Shown piece by piece: positions 37,698 through 46,983 of a stretch of DNA of 64,000 nt. The notes beneath the pieces are model-generated. The model did not search any database. It was not told the origin of the DNA and saw only the letters and a program-made list of their open reading frames with translations. The position numbers and the translations under genes are program-made. Where the stretch lies: NCBI GenBank assembly GCA_045120395.1, contig JBGVET010000026.1, forward strand, positions 5,691 to 69,690. Direction: 5' to 3'. This DNA is from Candidatus Limimorpha sp. Its GTDB lineage: Bacteria > Bacteroidota > Bacteroidia > Bacteroidales > F082. How positions within the stretch are numbered: the first letter of the stretch is position 1; every line of letters starts with the position of its first letter.

Positions 37698-39610
37698 GAC
37701 CACTATTCGACCCATTCGTATTGCCTTTCGTTATAAGCATGACATTCGTGCTTCTGTATTGTCTCATAGGCATGATACGCATTGTTTTTCAATTACCAAA
37801 GGAAGACCGACGCAAGTTCTTACGCTCACTCATCTATCCTAAGTCGGCATTGAAAAACTTCAGAGACCTCGTCAACGACTGTCTCCTTCACACAAAGATA
37901 TGGAAACGCAAACCGCTCCTAGGTTATATGCACATGTCCATCGCTTTAGGATGGTTTATGATTATCATCGTCGGACACTTCGAAAGCATAGCATTCTCAC
38001 CTTTGAGAGGATTGGAAGTTCCTTTCATGCCGAAATTGATGTCTAACTTATACCTCCCGATTTTCTTCCGTTACTTCGCACTTGAAGACTTAAGTCTCAA
38101 AGCGCAGATATTCAGCTTCCTGATGGATTTCTTCTTGCTGATGATAATAAGCGGCATCTTCATCGCTGCTGTCAAGAAGAAAAAACCTAGGAAAGTCGGA
38201 TTGAAACGCGTCACCAAATTTGGTCTTAAAGAAGACTTGGTGCGCCTATCATTATGGACCATTTTCCCATTACGTTTCTTGGCAGAGTCATCAATGGCTA
38301 ACATAGCAGGAGGTTCGTTCCTGACAAAATATATCGGTTTTGAATTAGTGTTCGGAGGCAATTATAACGAGACATTAAGCATGGTTTTCTGGTGGTTATA
38401 TTCCATCGACTTAGCCATCTTCATGACATTATTGCCATTCTCACGATATATGCACATACCAGCAGAAGCCTTGTTGATATTGCTTCGCAACGCAGGCTTG
38501 AAGACGACAGAACCTCGTAAAGGCTACGCTTTGGCAGAGATATATTCCTGTCCGAGCTGCGGACTCTGCATCGATGTATGCCCTATGAGCGAGGTGAAAG
38601 ACAACTACAAAAACACAGCAGTCTATTTCATCCGTAACATCAGAAAAGGAAAGAGAAGAAGAGACGTCAAAGCCATGACAGAGAAATGTCTGATGTGCGG
38701 CAAATGCATCGAGGTATGTCCTTTAGGAATTGAATCCCTGAATATCAAGATAGCACAACGTAACAAGACTTATTACAAAATAAAATCAGATTTTGAGTAT
38801 TTAAAAAGTCAACAAGCTTTGGTGTCTGAGCCTGTCGAAGGCAAAAACATCGGCACTTCGACAAGCTCAGTGACCGAAACAACAAAAAACTCAGAATCTC
38901 AGCAACTCAACAACTCAGCAACTCTATATTTCGCTGGCTGCATGTCGCATCTCACTCCGACTATCACACGTTCGATGAAGAAGATTTTTGAGATTGCTAA
39001 AGAGAATTACGAATTCCTCGATGCGGAAGGAAGCATCTGCTGCGGACGTCCTATGATGCTCACTGGCAAAGTGGAGGAAGCTAAGGCATTGATAGAGAAA
39101 AACACCGAGCTGATAAAGAACTCTGGCGCGAAAAGACTAGTACTCTCCTGCCCTATCTGTTATAAGGTCTTCAAAGAAGAATATCAGCTTGAAGGAATTG
39201 AGGTCTTACATCATACTCAATACATAAACAAATTGATTGAAAGTGATAAGTTAGAAATCGACAGAGACGACAAGCGTTATGTCTATCACGACCCATGTGA
39301 GTTAGGACGCGCCTTTGATATTTACGATGAACCACGTAATATCATCGATAACATTGGTTTGTTGACACCTGGCAAGTCGAACAAAGACATGTCTGTCTGT
39401 TGCGGAGGCAGCATCGGAAGCATCACCATGACATTAGAAGAGCGTGACGAAATAACGAAGAACTCTATTAAAGACTTGATGCATAACAATCCTGAGGAAA
39501 TAGTGACAGCCTGTCCTTTATGCCTGAAGACATTCGCGCGATTGGCACCTGTCAAGGTGAAAGACATTGCGGAGATTGTAGCGAAAAACATTGTGGAATT
39601 GAGGGTATGA
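37694..39610 (+). CDS. membrane-anchored Fe-S oxidoreductase (N-terminal TM domain + 2x[4Fe-4S] + two CCG domains, HdrD/GlpC-like)
   Basis: Five or more TM helices; CPSCGLCIDVCP, CLMCGKCIEVCP; CCGRPMM, CPICYKVF, CCGGS, CPLCLKTF; 40-nt octamer insertion at 38887-38926. Confidence 0.7.
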   Translation: MRPLFDPFVLPFVISMTFVLLYCLIGMIRIVFQLPKEDRRKFLRSLIYPKSALKNFRDLVNDCLLHTKIWKRKPLLGYMHMSIALGWFMIIIVGHFESIAFSPLRGLEVPFMPKLMSNLYLPIFFRYFALEDLSLKAQIFSFLMDFFLLMIISGIFIAAVKKKKPRKVGLKRVTKFGLKEDLVRLSLWTIFPLRFLAESSMANIAGGSFLTKYIGFELVFGGNYNETLSMVFWWLYSIDLAIFMTLLPFSRYMHIPAEALLILLRNAGLKTTEPRKGYALAEIYSCPSCGLCIDVCPMSEVKDNYKNTAVYFIRNIRKGKRRRDVKAMTEKCLMCGKCIEVCPLGIESLNIKIAQRNKTYYKIKSDFEYLKSQQALVSEPVEGKNIGTSTSSVTETTKNSESQQLNNSATLYFAGCMSHLTPTITRSMKKIFEIAKENYEFLDAEGSICCGRPMMLTGKVEEAKALIEKNTELIKNSGAKRLVLSCPICYKVFKEEYQLEGIEVLHHTQYINKLIESDKLEIDRDDKRYVYHDPCELGRAFDIYDEPRNIIDNIGLLTPGKSNKDMSVCCGGSIGSITMTLEERDEITKNSIKDLMHNNPEEIVTACPLCLKTFARLAPVKVKDIAEIVAKNIVELRV

Positions 39611-39705
39611 GGATTTGAGGGTATGAGGGGTTGAGCCCTGAAGGGGCGAGACAAATATAGGATAAGGCAACGCCTTATTAGTTAGGAGTTAGGAGTTAGT
39701 AGCTC

Positions 39706-39800
39706 CCAATGCGTTAGGGATTGGAGCGGCATCCTTTTGGAGCGCAGCGGAAAAAGATATAGCGGAAAGCCCGACGGCGATAGCCGGAACGCCCAAAAAA
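39706..39800 (+). repeat. ~92-bp dispersed element, copy B (forward)
   Basis: CCCAATGCGTTAGGGATTGGAGCGGCATCCTTTTGGAGCGCAGCGGAAAAAGATATAGCGGAAAGCCCGACGGCGATAGCCGGAACGCCCAAAAAA. Confidence 0.85.
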
Positions 39801-39842
39801 GACACCAAGACACCGAGACACCAAGTCTCTAAGTCTCCAAGA
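39801..39842. repeat. GACACCAA octamer word array
   Basis: GACACCAAGACACCGAGACACCAAGTCTCTAAGTCTCCAAGA. Confidence 0.8.
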
Positions 39843-39870
39843 TTATGTTATAATCAAAAGCCAACAAGCA

Positions 39871-39907
39871 AAAAGACATCGTCAAAAAATGACGATGTCT
39901 TTTTTAT
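39871..39907. terminator. bidirectional terminator (Hdr-like operon / fucP)
   Basis: GACATCGTC (39875-39883) / GACGATGTC (39891-39899), A-run before and T-run after. Confidence 0.65.
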
Positions 39908-39949
39908 TTCCATTATTTAAAAAAGTTCAAAAGCCTTAGCTCAGAAACC

Positions 39950-41248
39950 TTAGTTCTTAACAATTCGGCTTGTTCTAAATCCGTAAACGAATATCACGAC
40001 GAAGCAGATGAATGGAAGTATGAATGAGAAGTTCACTGCCGGGAGACTTCCCACTGTTCCGAGGTCGATAATCATGCCTTGAAGTGGTGGCATCAACGCG
40101 CCGCCGACGATAGCCATGACTAAGAATGCTGCGCCTAATGAGCTGTCTTCTATGCTGACATTTTCCAATGCTATACCGTAAATCGTTGGGAACATAAGCG
40201 ACATGAAGACTGAAATAGCCATCAAGCAGTAAAGTCCCATAACGCCGTCAATCAAAATTGTTCCTGCAGTAGCAAGCATCGCTCCGATGGCGAAGAACAT
40301 TAACAACTTACGAGAGTTGACATATTTCATCAAGAAGGTGCTGATGAAACGACCGCATAAGAACATTCCCATCGCGATGATATTATACAATTGAGCAGTA
40401 GCTTTGTCGATGCCAAGACGATCAGCATACTGTATGATGAAAGTCCATGTCATGATTTGAGCTGCCACGTAGAACAACTGAGTGATGACGCCTTCTCGAT
40501 ATACCTTATTAGAGAAAAGACGCTTTAATGTGCCTTTGTTATTAGTATTTTCTTTTGTTTCATTATTTTGATTTTTCACAAAAATAGCGATGATGACGAA
40601 GACGAACAGCACCACGCAACCTAATGCGACGTACGGATTACGGATGATATCGAGGTCGTGTTCGCGTATTGAGAGTTTTGTCATCTCGTCTAAGTTACTG
40701 AAGCCCACCTCGCGCACTGCTGCTGTATCGGATTCAAGTTTAGCGAGTACTATTCTTGAAGCGACGAACATACCCATAAGAGAACCGATTGGGTTGAAAG
40801 CCTGAGCGAGGTTGAGGCGACGTGTTGAAGTCTCTTTGCTACCTAACAACAAGATATAAGGGTTAGCTGTTGTTTCGAGGAAAGCAAGTCCGAAGGTGAG
40901 GACGTACAACGATACGCAGAAGAATCCGAACTCCTGACGGTTAGCGGCTGGGATAAACATAAACGCGCCGATAGCATAGAGGATGAGTCCGAGCAAGATA
41001 CCTTTTTTGTAGCTGTAACGTCTAGCGAAGAGAGCTGCAGGTATCGCCATCGTGGCATAGCCGCCATAGAAAGCGAATTGCACGAGAGATGCCTTTGCGG
41101 CTGACAGCTCCATGACTGTCTGGAATGCAGCGACCATAGGATTGGTGATGTCGTTAGCGAAGCCCCACAAGGCGAATAATGATGTTATCAAAATGAATGT
41201 CAAGAGATATTTCTTCTCGACGAGTTTCGATTGTAGATTTTGTGTCAT
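39950..41248 (-). CDS. fucP: L-fucose:H+ symporter-type MFS permease
   Basis: 12-TM MFS, 432 aa; N-terminal FILITSLFALWGFANDITNPMV typical of FucP/glucose-galactose transporters; fucose operon context. Confidence 0.75.
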   Translation of the reverse strand: MTQNLQSKLVEKKYLLTFILITSLFALWGFANDITNPMVAAFQTVMELSAAKASLVQFAFYGGYATMAIPAALFARRYSYKKGILLGLILYAIGAFMFIPAANRQEFGFFCVSLYVLTFGLAFLETTANPYILLLGSKETSTRRLNLAQAFNPIGSLMGMFVASRIVLAKLESDTAAVREVGFSNLDEMTKLSIREHDLDIIRNPYVALGCVVLFVFVIIAIFVKNQNNETKENTNNKGTLKRLFSNKVYREGVITQLFYVAAQIMTWTFIIQYADRLGIDKATAQLYNIIAMGMFLCGRFISTFLMKYVNSRKLLMFFAIGAMLATAGTILIDGVMGLYCLMAISVFMSLMFPTIYGIALENVSIEDSSLGAAFLVMAIVGGALMPPLQGMIIDLGTVGSLPAVNFSFILPFICFVVIFVYGFRTSRIVKN

Positions 41249-41367
41249 ATTTTTTTTACTTTGAACCTTGAACTATGAATTATGAGTTGTGAGCTACAGC
41301 TACTAAATTAATTTCCACAAAGATAGTAAAAGGCTAAAGTCTAATGACAAAAGGCTAAAGATTTTTT

Positions 41368-41426
41368 AATAAAAAAACAAGTCACCGAATCTCCAAGATT
41401 GTATCCTCTTTGGAGACTCGGTGACC
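41368..41426 (-). terminator. terminator hairpin downstream of the T9SS protein gene
   Basis: GTCACCGAATCTCCAA ... TTGGAGACTCGGTGAC long stem; T-run follows on the minus strand. Confidence 0.6.
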
Positions 41427-41485
41427 TTTAATTCTTAACTGTCAAAAGCCAATAGCCAAAAACCAATAGCCTTAGTTCAACAGCC

Positions 41486-44400
41486 TTAGTTCTTGACAAT
41501 TCTCTTCACGACTTCACCTTCGTTTGTAACAAGTTTCACGAAGTAAACACCGCAATTCAAGTTTGTTAAATCAATTACTAAACTACCTTGGAGACTTGGT
41601 GTCTCGGTGACTTGGTGTCTTCCATAAGCGTCATAAACGACAACTTTTCCAACTTCAACTTCAGTTTCAATATAAAGTTTATCATTGACAGGATTTGGAT
41701 AGACATTGAATGAAGCTTCAAATTCTGCAATGCTTTCTGTTGATTCAGGCAATGTATTAACAACTATTGCTTCCGACTTCACTTCTCTTCCATTACGTAA
41801 TGATGACACCACAAATGTATATTCAGTATCTGCATCCAAATCTTCAACAGTATAGCTTGTTGATGTCACGTTTGCTAGCAACTCTTCACCTTTGTAAACG
41901 TTATAGCTCAATGCGTTTTCGACTTCGTCCCATGAGAGAGTTACTGAAGATGTATTTATTGAGTCTGCTTTCAAGTTTGATGGACTCTCTATAGGCATCA
42001 CTATTTCATAGTAGAACACAAATTCATTTGTGGAGACAAGCAACTGTGGGTCATCGTTAAACACCAAATATTTACGAGGAATTACCAAGGCATACTTACC
42101 TTCTTCTGTAATCTCTGTCATTTCATCTTCTTCGATATATAAGCTCAATTGTTTTGCTTGACCATCAACGCTTTCAAGTCTAGCAGCAGCTATTTGTTCC
42201 AATGAGTTGTTTTCACCTACCAACGCGATATAAGGTATATTATATGAATATTCATCCACGACGACAGATTCTACATTTTCAAATGTCACGGTAAACTTAT
42301 CTAGCTTCTCTACCACACCTTCTTCTGGATTCACTGTGGCTGTTACGTCTAACAACTCAACAGCTACTCCACCATAAAGCTCGATATTATCAAGGATTAG
42401 ATGTTCACAGTTTTCAGAGCGGAGACGGAAAGCGATATAAATATCCTGACCGCTGTACTCACTCAAGCTGATGCCACGAGTCTTAAATTCTGCTGATTCA
42501 GAAACGATTTCTTCTTCTGTAAAATAATACCATGAGTCGTCACCATTAGATGAAATCATCACAGAATAACTCTCTAGGAAATTAGGATTGAATGAAGCAG
42601 CATCCCATACGAGGAATGACTCTTCTGTAGGAGTAAACGGAGGCAAGATACACCAGCGGTCAGCCTTCTCTGTTCCATCGAGCCATGATGTTCCAGCTAA
42701 AAGATGTTCACCGTAAAGTTCATGCTGTTGGATGTTAAATATTCCCCATCCATATTCATTAAACTCCTCTCCTGCCGATGGATTCACAGTACCTTCATCT
42801 TCAACACGGAAAGCAAAATCAGCAGGAAGCTGTCCGTCTTCAAAATCCCATGACATAACAGGATTTTCAAGGACTTGGAATTCAAATGTCTTCTTATTGT
42901 TTTCTGTATTTACATCAGCATCAAGGAGGACCTCTACAGAGATTTCATGTTTTCCTGCAGCAAGATTATTCAAAGCATTTCCCAATACTACATCTTTAAT
43001 CTCCTGAGCAACAACATTAATTTCTTCTTCGTAAATGACTTCCTCATCAATCATAACGCGAAGTGTTGATGTCACGTCTATAATACCTAGATTTCTAAGA
43101 GCGAAGTTTATATCTTTCTTGCTTCCTTTATGAACATATTGCTGTGGATTGGTAATTGGAAGTACTGCCATATCAACAGATTCTGCATCAATTTTCTCAA
43201 AAACAACATCATCAACACAGAGCCAGTTCTCGTCTTTATCGCTGAAGGCGTAGAATCCGATGCATACGGTCTGAGGCTGATCGACGTAGATGATATTGAT
43301 TGATTCTTCGTACTCACCTCTAGCAAAAGGAGCATACTCCACTATTTTGTTTGTCATGCTTTCTGGTGTAGCTTCATTGCCGTAGTACACTGCAAGTTTT
43401 TCTGGATGAGTATCATCACCTGAGTACCAGAACTTCAGCACATAATAACCAGGCTCTTCCACTGTGATAGGCTCAAGTATTGCCCAGTCGTTGGCATTAT
43501 TGTTTTTATCATAATTATATGCGAGGCAGTAGTCGCCAGTGTGCGCCAATGACCACCATGGATCTGTATATAAATCCCAGTTGCCTTCGTCTTCATTCAA
43601 GTTAAACATTGTAATGCCATCGGTATATTCATTAGCTTCGAATCCCATTGAGTATGGCACTGATGCTGGTGCTTTATGAAGTACTGTTACAGAACATGCA
43701 TCATTAGTTGAGTTAACATCATCAGTATGTGATGTCCATGCTTTCAATGTAAATGTCTTACGAGGCTCCGACAAATCCGCTTTAGCTGTGAAAGTATATT
43801 CCATCTCGCCACCGACGGCAAGAGGCTGATTCACTGTCTCTGTAGCGATTACATTGCCATCAACAGAGAATGTGATATCGAATGAATTCACATCCACATT
43901 GCCTGTGTTTTTCACTTTAACAATAACCGTTTCTTGGTCAAGGCCGAAATCTGTCACAGGAGATACAAACGCCGCTGCTTGTATATCGACAGGATTGGTT
44001 GTAAATTCAACACTCACATCACAGAGGTAGAGACGCCATTTATCGGCATCGCTGCAAGCGTGGAATCCCAGATACAAAGGCTCGTTTGCGTTGACATTAA
44101 TTAAATAAAGGTGATGTGTAATTTCATTGCCCAATGATATGACATCAGACAGTCTGTTTGTCATTGCTTCTGCAGTCTGTTCATTGCCATAAAACACCTC
44201 GATTTTCTCGACATAGTAACTACCTTGTACAGAGAAGCTAACGGCAAGAGTACCAGTTTCTGCCGATGTTATAGCTGGAGAGATAAACCAGTCGTCAGCA
44301 GCATTGGTTGAGTGATAGTTGTAGAACGTCTTAGAAGGTTCTGCATAGGGATCGAATTGCCAAGTATTCTCATCGGCATTATTGTCGACGACGAGCCATT

Positions 44401-44503
44401 GTTGGAATTCTGTTTCAGTTTGAAAATTTGTTTGAAAAATTTCTTGTGCAGAGATGATGAAAGGGCACAAGAATGCGATTAGGAGTAATGATAATTTTTT
44501 CAT
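41486..44503 (-). CDS. large secreted protein with FN3 domain and T9SS C-terminal sorting domain (1005 aa)
   Basis: Signal peptide LLLIAFLCPFIISAQ; FN3-like PSNLKADSINTSSVTLSWDEV; C-terminal FNVYPNPVNDKLYIE...GVYFVKLVTNEGEVVKRIV (Por secretion tail). Confidence 0.75.
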   Translation of the reverse strand: MKKLSLLLIAFLCPFIISAQEIFQTNFQTETEFQQWLVVDNNADENTWQFDPYAEPSKTFYNYHSTNAADDWFISPAITSAETGTLAVSFSVQGSYYVEKIEVFYGNEQTAEAMTNRLSDVISLGNEITHHLYLINVNANEPLYLGFHACSDADKWRLYLCDVSVEFTTNPVDIQAAAFVSPVTDFGLDQETVIVKVKNTGNVDVNSFDITFSVDGNVIATETVNQPLAVGGEMEYTFTAKADLSEPRKTFTLKAWTSHTDDVNSTNDACSVTVLHKAPASVPYSMGFEANEYTDGITMFNLNEDEGNWDLYTDPWWSLAHTGDYCLAYNYDKNNNANDWAILEPITVEEPGYYVLKFWYSGDDTHPEKLAVYYGNEATPESMTNKIVEYAPFARGEYEESINIIYVDQPQTVCIGFYAFSDKDENWLCVDDVVFEKIDAESVDMAVLPITNPQQYVHKGSKKDINFALRNLGIIDVTSTLRVMIDEEVIYEEEINVVAQEIKDVVLGNALNNLAAGKHEISVEVLLDADVNTENNKKTFEFQVLENPVMSWDFEDGQLPADFAFRVEDEGTVNPSAGEEFNEYGWGIFNIQQHELYGEHLLAGTSWLDGTEKADRWCILPPFTPTEESFLVWDAASFNPNFLESYSVMISSNGDDSWYYFTEEEIVSESAEFKTRGISLSEYSGQDIYIAFRLRSENCEHLILDNIELYGGVAVELLDVTATVNPEEGVVEKLDKFTVTFENVESVVVDEYSYNIPYIALVGENNSLEQIAAARLESVDGQAKQLSLYIEEDEMTEITEEGKYALVIPRKYLVFNDDPQLLVSTNEFVFYYEIVMPIESPSNLKADSINTSSVTLSWDEVENALSYNVYKGEELLANVTSTSYTVEDLDADTEYTFVVSSLRNGREVKSEAIVVNTLPESTESIAEFEASFNVYPNPVNDKLYIETEVEVGKVVVYDAYGRHQVTETPSLQGSLVIDLTNLNCGVYFVKLVTNEGEVVKRIVKN

Positions 44504-44657
44504 AGTTTTTTTCAGCTGGGCTCAATAGTTAGGGCTAGTATAAGGAGAGAGCCCGTTAATCCTTGTTAGCGCAAAATTAGATAGCAAATTTAAGGATTTC
44601 AATTTAAAAAAACAAGAAAAAAAATTGAGATTTTGAGTCTAAAAAGTCACATAGTGA

Positions 44658-44757
44658 CGACAGTTTCCAGGCAGGTATGGAGAGCGAAGCTCGGAATGCC
44701 TGCAATAAAGACCAGATATTAATCAGAGTGCCGAAGGTACGACAGAAAGATTTGATT
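44658..44757 (+). repeat. REP-like element, dispersed copy of the repeats flanking the RAYT gene
   Basis: CGACAGTTTCCAGGCAGGTATGGAGAGCGAAGCTCGGAATGCCTGCAATAAAGACC...AGTGCCGAAGGTACGACAG = reverse complement of 61650-61745 with few mismatches. Confidence 0.8.
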
Positions 44758-44769
44758 TCACCATCAAAA

Positions 44770-44798
44770 ACAAAAAAAAGACGCGATAAATCGCGTCC
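44770..44798 (-). terminator. rho-independent terminator of fucK
   Basis: GACGCGA (44780-44786) / TCGCGTC (44791-44797); A8 on + strand gives U-run on the minus transcript. Confidence 0.65.
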
Positions 44799-44807
44799 CT
44801 ATAACTC

Positions 44808-46217
44808 CTAACTCCTAACTCCTAACTGAACTAAGATATTTCCCATCGCTGTGGCTTCCACTTCGCCTCTTATCACCTCACATCCTGTGTGTTCTGCGGT
44901 GAGTTTGTTCAGCAGTTGGTTTCTTGAACCGCCGCCAACGATGTAAATCTTGTTTATCTTCTTGTTTGTGCAACGTTCCATCTGTGTCTTCACCTCAGCA
45001 TATTTCTTAGCTAATGAGATACAGATACATCTCATGAAGTCACCTTTGGTAACAGGGAGTTCTTCATTATTTTCTTTGAGAAATGAAACAATCGCTTCCG
45101 ACATCTTTTCTGGATTCATGAAACGAGCGTCATCTACATCGAATGATGATGATAATGTTGACTGCTCAGCTTCTTTCACTAATTCTGAATAGTCGCATTT
45201 GTAGCCTTCGCTTTCCCACTCTTTGACGAGCTGTTGTATGAGCCAGAGTCCTGTTATGTTTTTGAGGAAACGTATCCTTCCGTCTGTCATGCCTTCATTG
45301 GTGAAGTCGGATTCGAGGGCTTCTTTTGATATGATTGGTTCTTTTGTCGGTGTTCCCATGAGCGACCATGTACCGGAGCTGATGAAAGCCCAGTCGTCAT
45401 TGGTGTCGCTGATGGATGCGACGGCACTCGCGGTGTCGTGCGAGCCGACAGCGACGACATTGAGGTTGCCACCCACTTCTTCGGCGAGCTCATCGCTGAG
45501 TCGTCCTATCACAGTGCCAGGATAAATGATTTCCTGCATCAAGTGTTTTGGCAATCCTAATCTTTCAAAGATGACATCGTCCCACTGATGTGTCAGCAAG
45601 CTCATCAACTGCGATGTCGATGCAATGGTGAATTCGTTATAACATTTTCCTGTGAGGAAATAGTTGAACAAATCTGGCATGAATAATAGCCTTTTAGCTC
45701 GTATGACGTCGTCATCAATGGTGCCTGAGCTTGTCGAAGACTCCTGTGGTTTCGACGAGCTCAACCACCGCATACTCAATAATTGAAACGCTGTGTTTAT
45801 CTCCATAAACTGATTAGCAGCATGTTGGAAAAATTCTTCCTTTGGCAACTTTTGAAATGCTAATTCTAACATTCCTTTGGTTCTGTCGTCGCGGTAACAT
45901 ATTGGAGTGGAAATTAATTTTCCATCTTTATCCAAAAGGCCATAATCAACGCCCCAGGTGTCGATGCCGATGCTTTCGATTTCGTTGCCGTATTTGGCAA
46001 AAGCTTTCTTCAAACCAATTTTAAGTTCATTGAAAAGAGCCTCGAAATCCCAACGCAGATGACCGTCAATCATCTTTTGATTATTCTCGAAACGATGTAT
46101 TTCTTCTAATTGTATAGACGCAATATTTTGTTGAGACGCAATATTTTGCGTCTCTACGGTTCCAACGATGACACGACCGCTGCCAGCACCGAAGTCTGCT
46201 GCTAAAAATCTTTTCAT
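44808..46217 (-). CDS. fucK: FGGY-family kinase, L-fuculokinase/rhamnulokinase type
   Basis: MKRFLAADFGAGSGRVIVG, GIDTWGVDYGLL, IYIVGGGSRNQLLNKL; operon with fucI/fucA; in-frame palindrome insertion near the N-terminus. Confidence 0.75.
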   Translation of the reverse strand: MKRFLAADFGAGSGRVIVGTVETQNIASQQNIASIQLEEIHRFENNQKMIDGHLRWDFEALFNELKIGLKKAFAKYGNEIESIGIDTWGVDYGLLDKDGKLISTPICYRDDRTKGMLELAFQKLPKEEFFQHAANQFMEINTAFQLLSMRWLSSSKPQESSTSSGTIDDDVIRAKRLLFMPDLFNYFLTGKCYNEFTIASTSQLMSLLTHQWDDVIFERLGLPKHLMQEIIYPGTVIGRLSDELAEEVGGNLNVVAVGSHDTASAVASISDTNDDWAFISSGTWSLMGTPTKEPIISKEALESDFTNEGMTDGRIRFLKNITGLWLIQQLVKEWESEGYKCDYSELVKEAEQSTLSSSFDVDDARFMNPEKMSEAIVSFLKENNEELPVTKGDFMRCICISLAKKYAEVKTQMERCTNKKINKIYIVGGGSRNQLLNKLTAEHTGCEVIRGEVEATAMGNILVQLGVRS

Positions 46218-46218
46218 A

Positions 46219-46863
46219 TTATTTTTTCTTTCCTAAAACGTAAACGTCTAAATCTTCAATCTCTTCTTGTGTCAAGGTTGAATAATTGCCGCCTGACTGT
46301 ACTATTATTCTGCAAGCCATCTCGAAGAATGTAGCGCGTTCGAAGACCTCGTCGAAGCTCTTGCCGCATACCACCTGACCATGGTTTGTCATGAGACATG
46401 AGTTGTGGTCTTTCATCGCTTCAAGAACAGCCTTTGCCAATTCTGGAGAACCTGGTCTGTAATAAGGAATCACTGGAATCTCTCTTCCGACATGGATTGG
46501 AATCTCAGCTGTGACGTTGAAGTTTGTTGGTTTCTCTTTCATGCAAGCTATCGCTGTGGCGTATTCTGACTGGAAATGGAACACCACATTGACTTCAGGA
46601 CGCTGACGCATGATTCCGAGGTGGAATGTGCTTTCCATTGAAGGCTTCACGCCATTGAGAAATTCGCCAGTCTCGATATTGCAGAGAGAGATGTTTTCTT
46701 CTTTTAAGGTAGGAACCCATGATCCTGTTCCTGAAACGAGAGCGAGGTTGTCATCGATACGCCATGAGAGATTGCCGCTGCTGCATAAAGTCAACTTAGC
46801 ATCACCATAACGATGAGCCTGTTTCAAGAATTCTGTATAATGTTTTTCGTCTATGATACTCAT
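46219..46863 (-). CDS. fucA: class II aldolase, L-fuculose-phosphate aldolase type
   Basis: ATG at 46863 (MSIIDEKHY) preferred; SSGNLSWR, SMESTFHLGI, HFQSEYATA metal/His motifs. Confidence 0.75.
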   Translation of the reverse strand: MSIIDEKHYTEFLKQAHRYGDAKLTLCSSGNLSWRIDDNLALVSGTGSWVPTLKEENISLCNIETGEFLNGVKPSMESTFHLGIMRQRPEVNVVFHFQSEYATAIACMKEKPTNFNVTAEIPIHVGREIPVIPYYRPGSPELAKAVLEAMKDHNSCLMTNHGQVVCGKSFDEVFERATFFEMACRIIVQSGGNYSTLTQEEIEDLDVYVLGKKK

Positions 46864-46921
46864 GATTGTTTTTTTAGTCAACGGACTACAGACAACAGTC
46901 AACAGTCCCTAATTATTAAAA

Positions 46922-46972
46922 TGAGACGCATCAATGTGTTTTTATTTTTTTGTTACATTGATACGTCTCTAC
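46922..46972. repeat. palindromic element (copy P3, reverse orientation)
   Basis: GAGACGCATCAATGT ... ACATTGATACGTCTCTAC. Confidence 0.7.
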
Positions 46973-46983
46973 GATATTGTCAA

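Noticed and set aside
34411-39610. Hdr-like operon as a novel system
   Set aside because: HdrABC/CCG-domain plus membrane Fe-S oxidoreductase clusters are widespread in anaerobes. Only the flanking inverted repeats and the in-frame repeat insertion are unusual, and these are reported separately.
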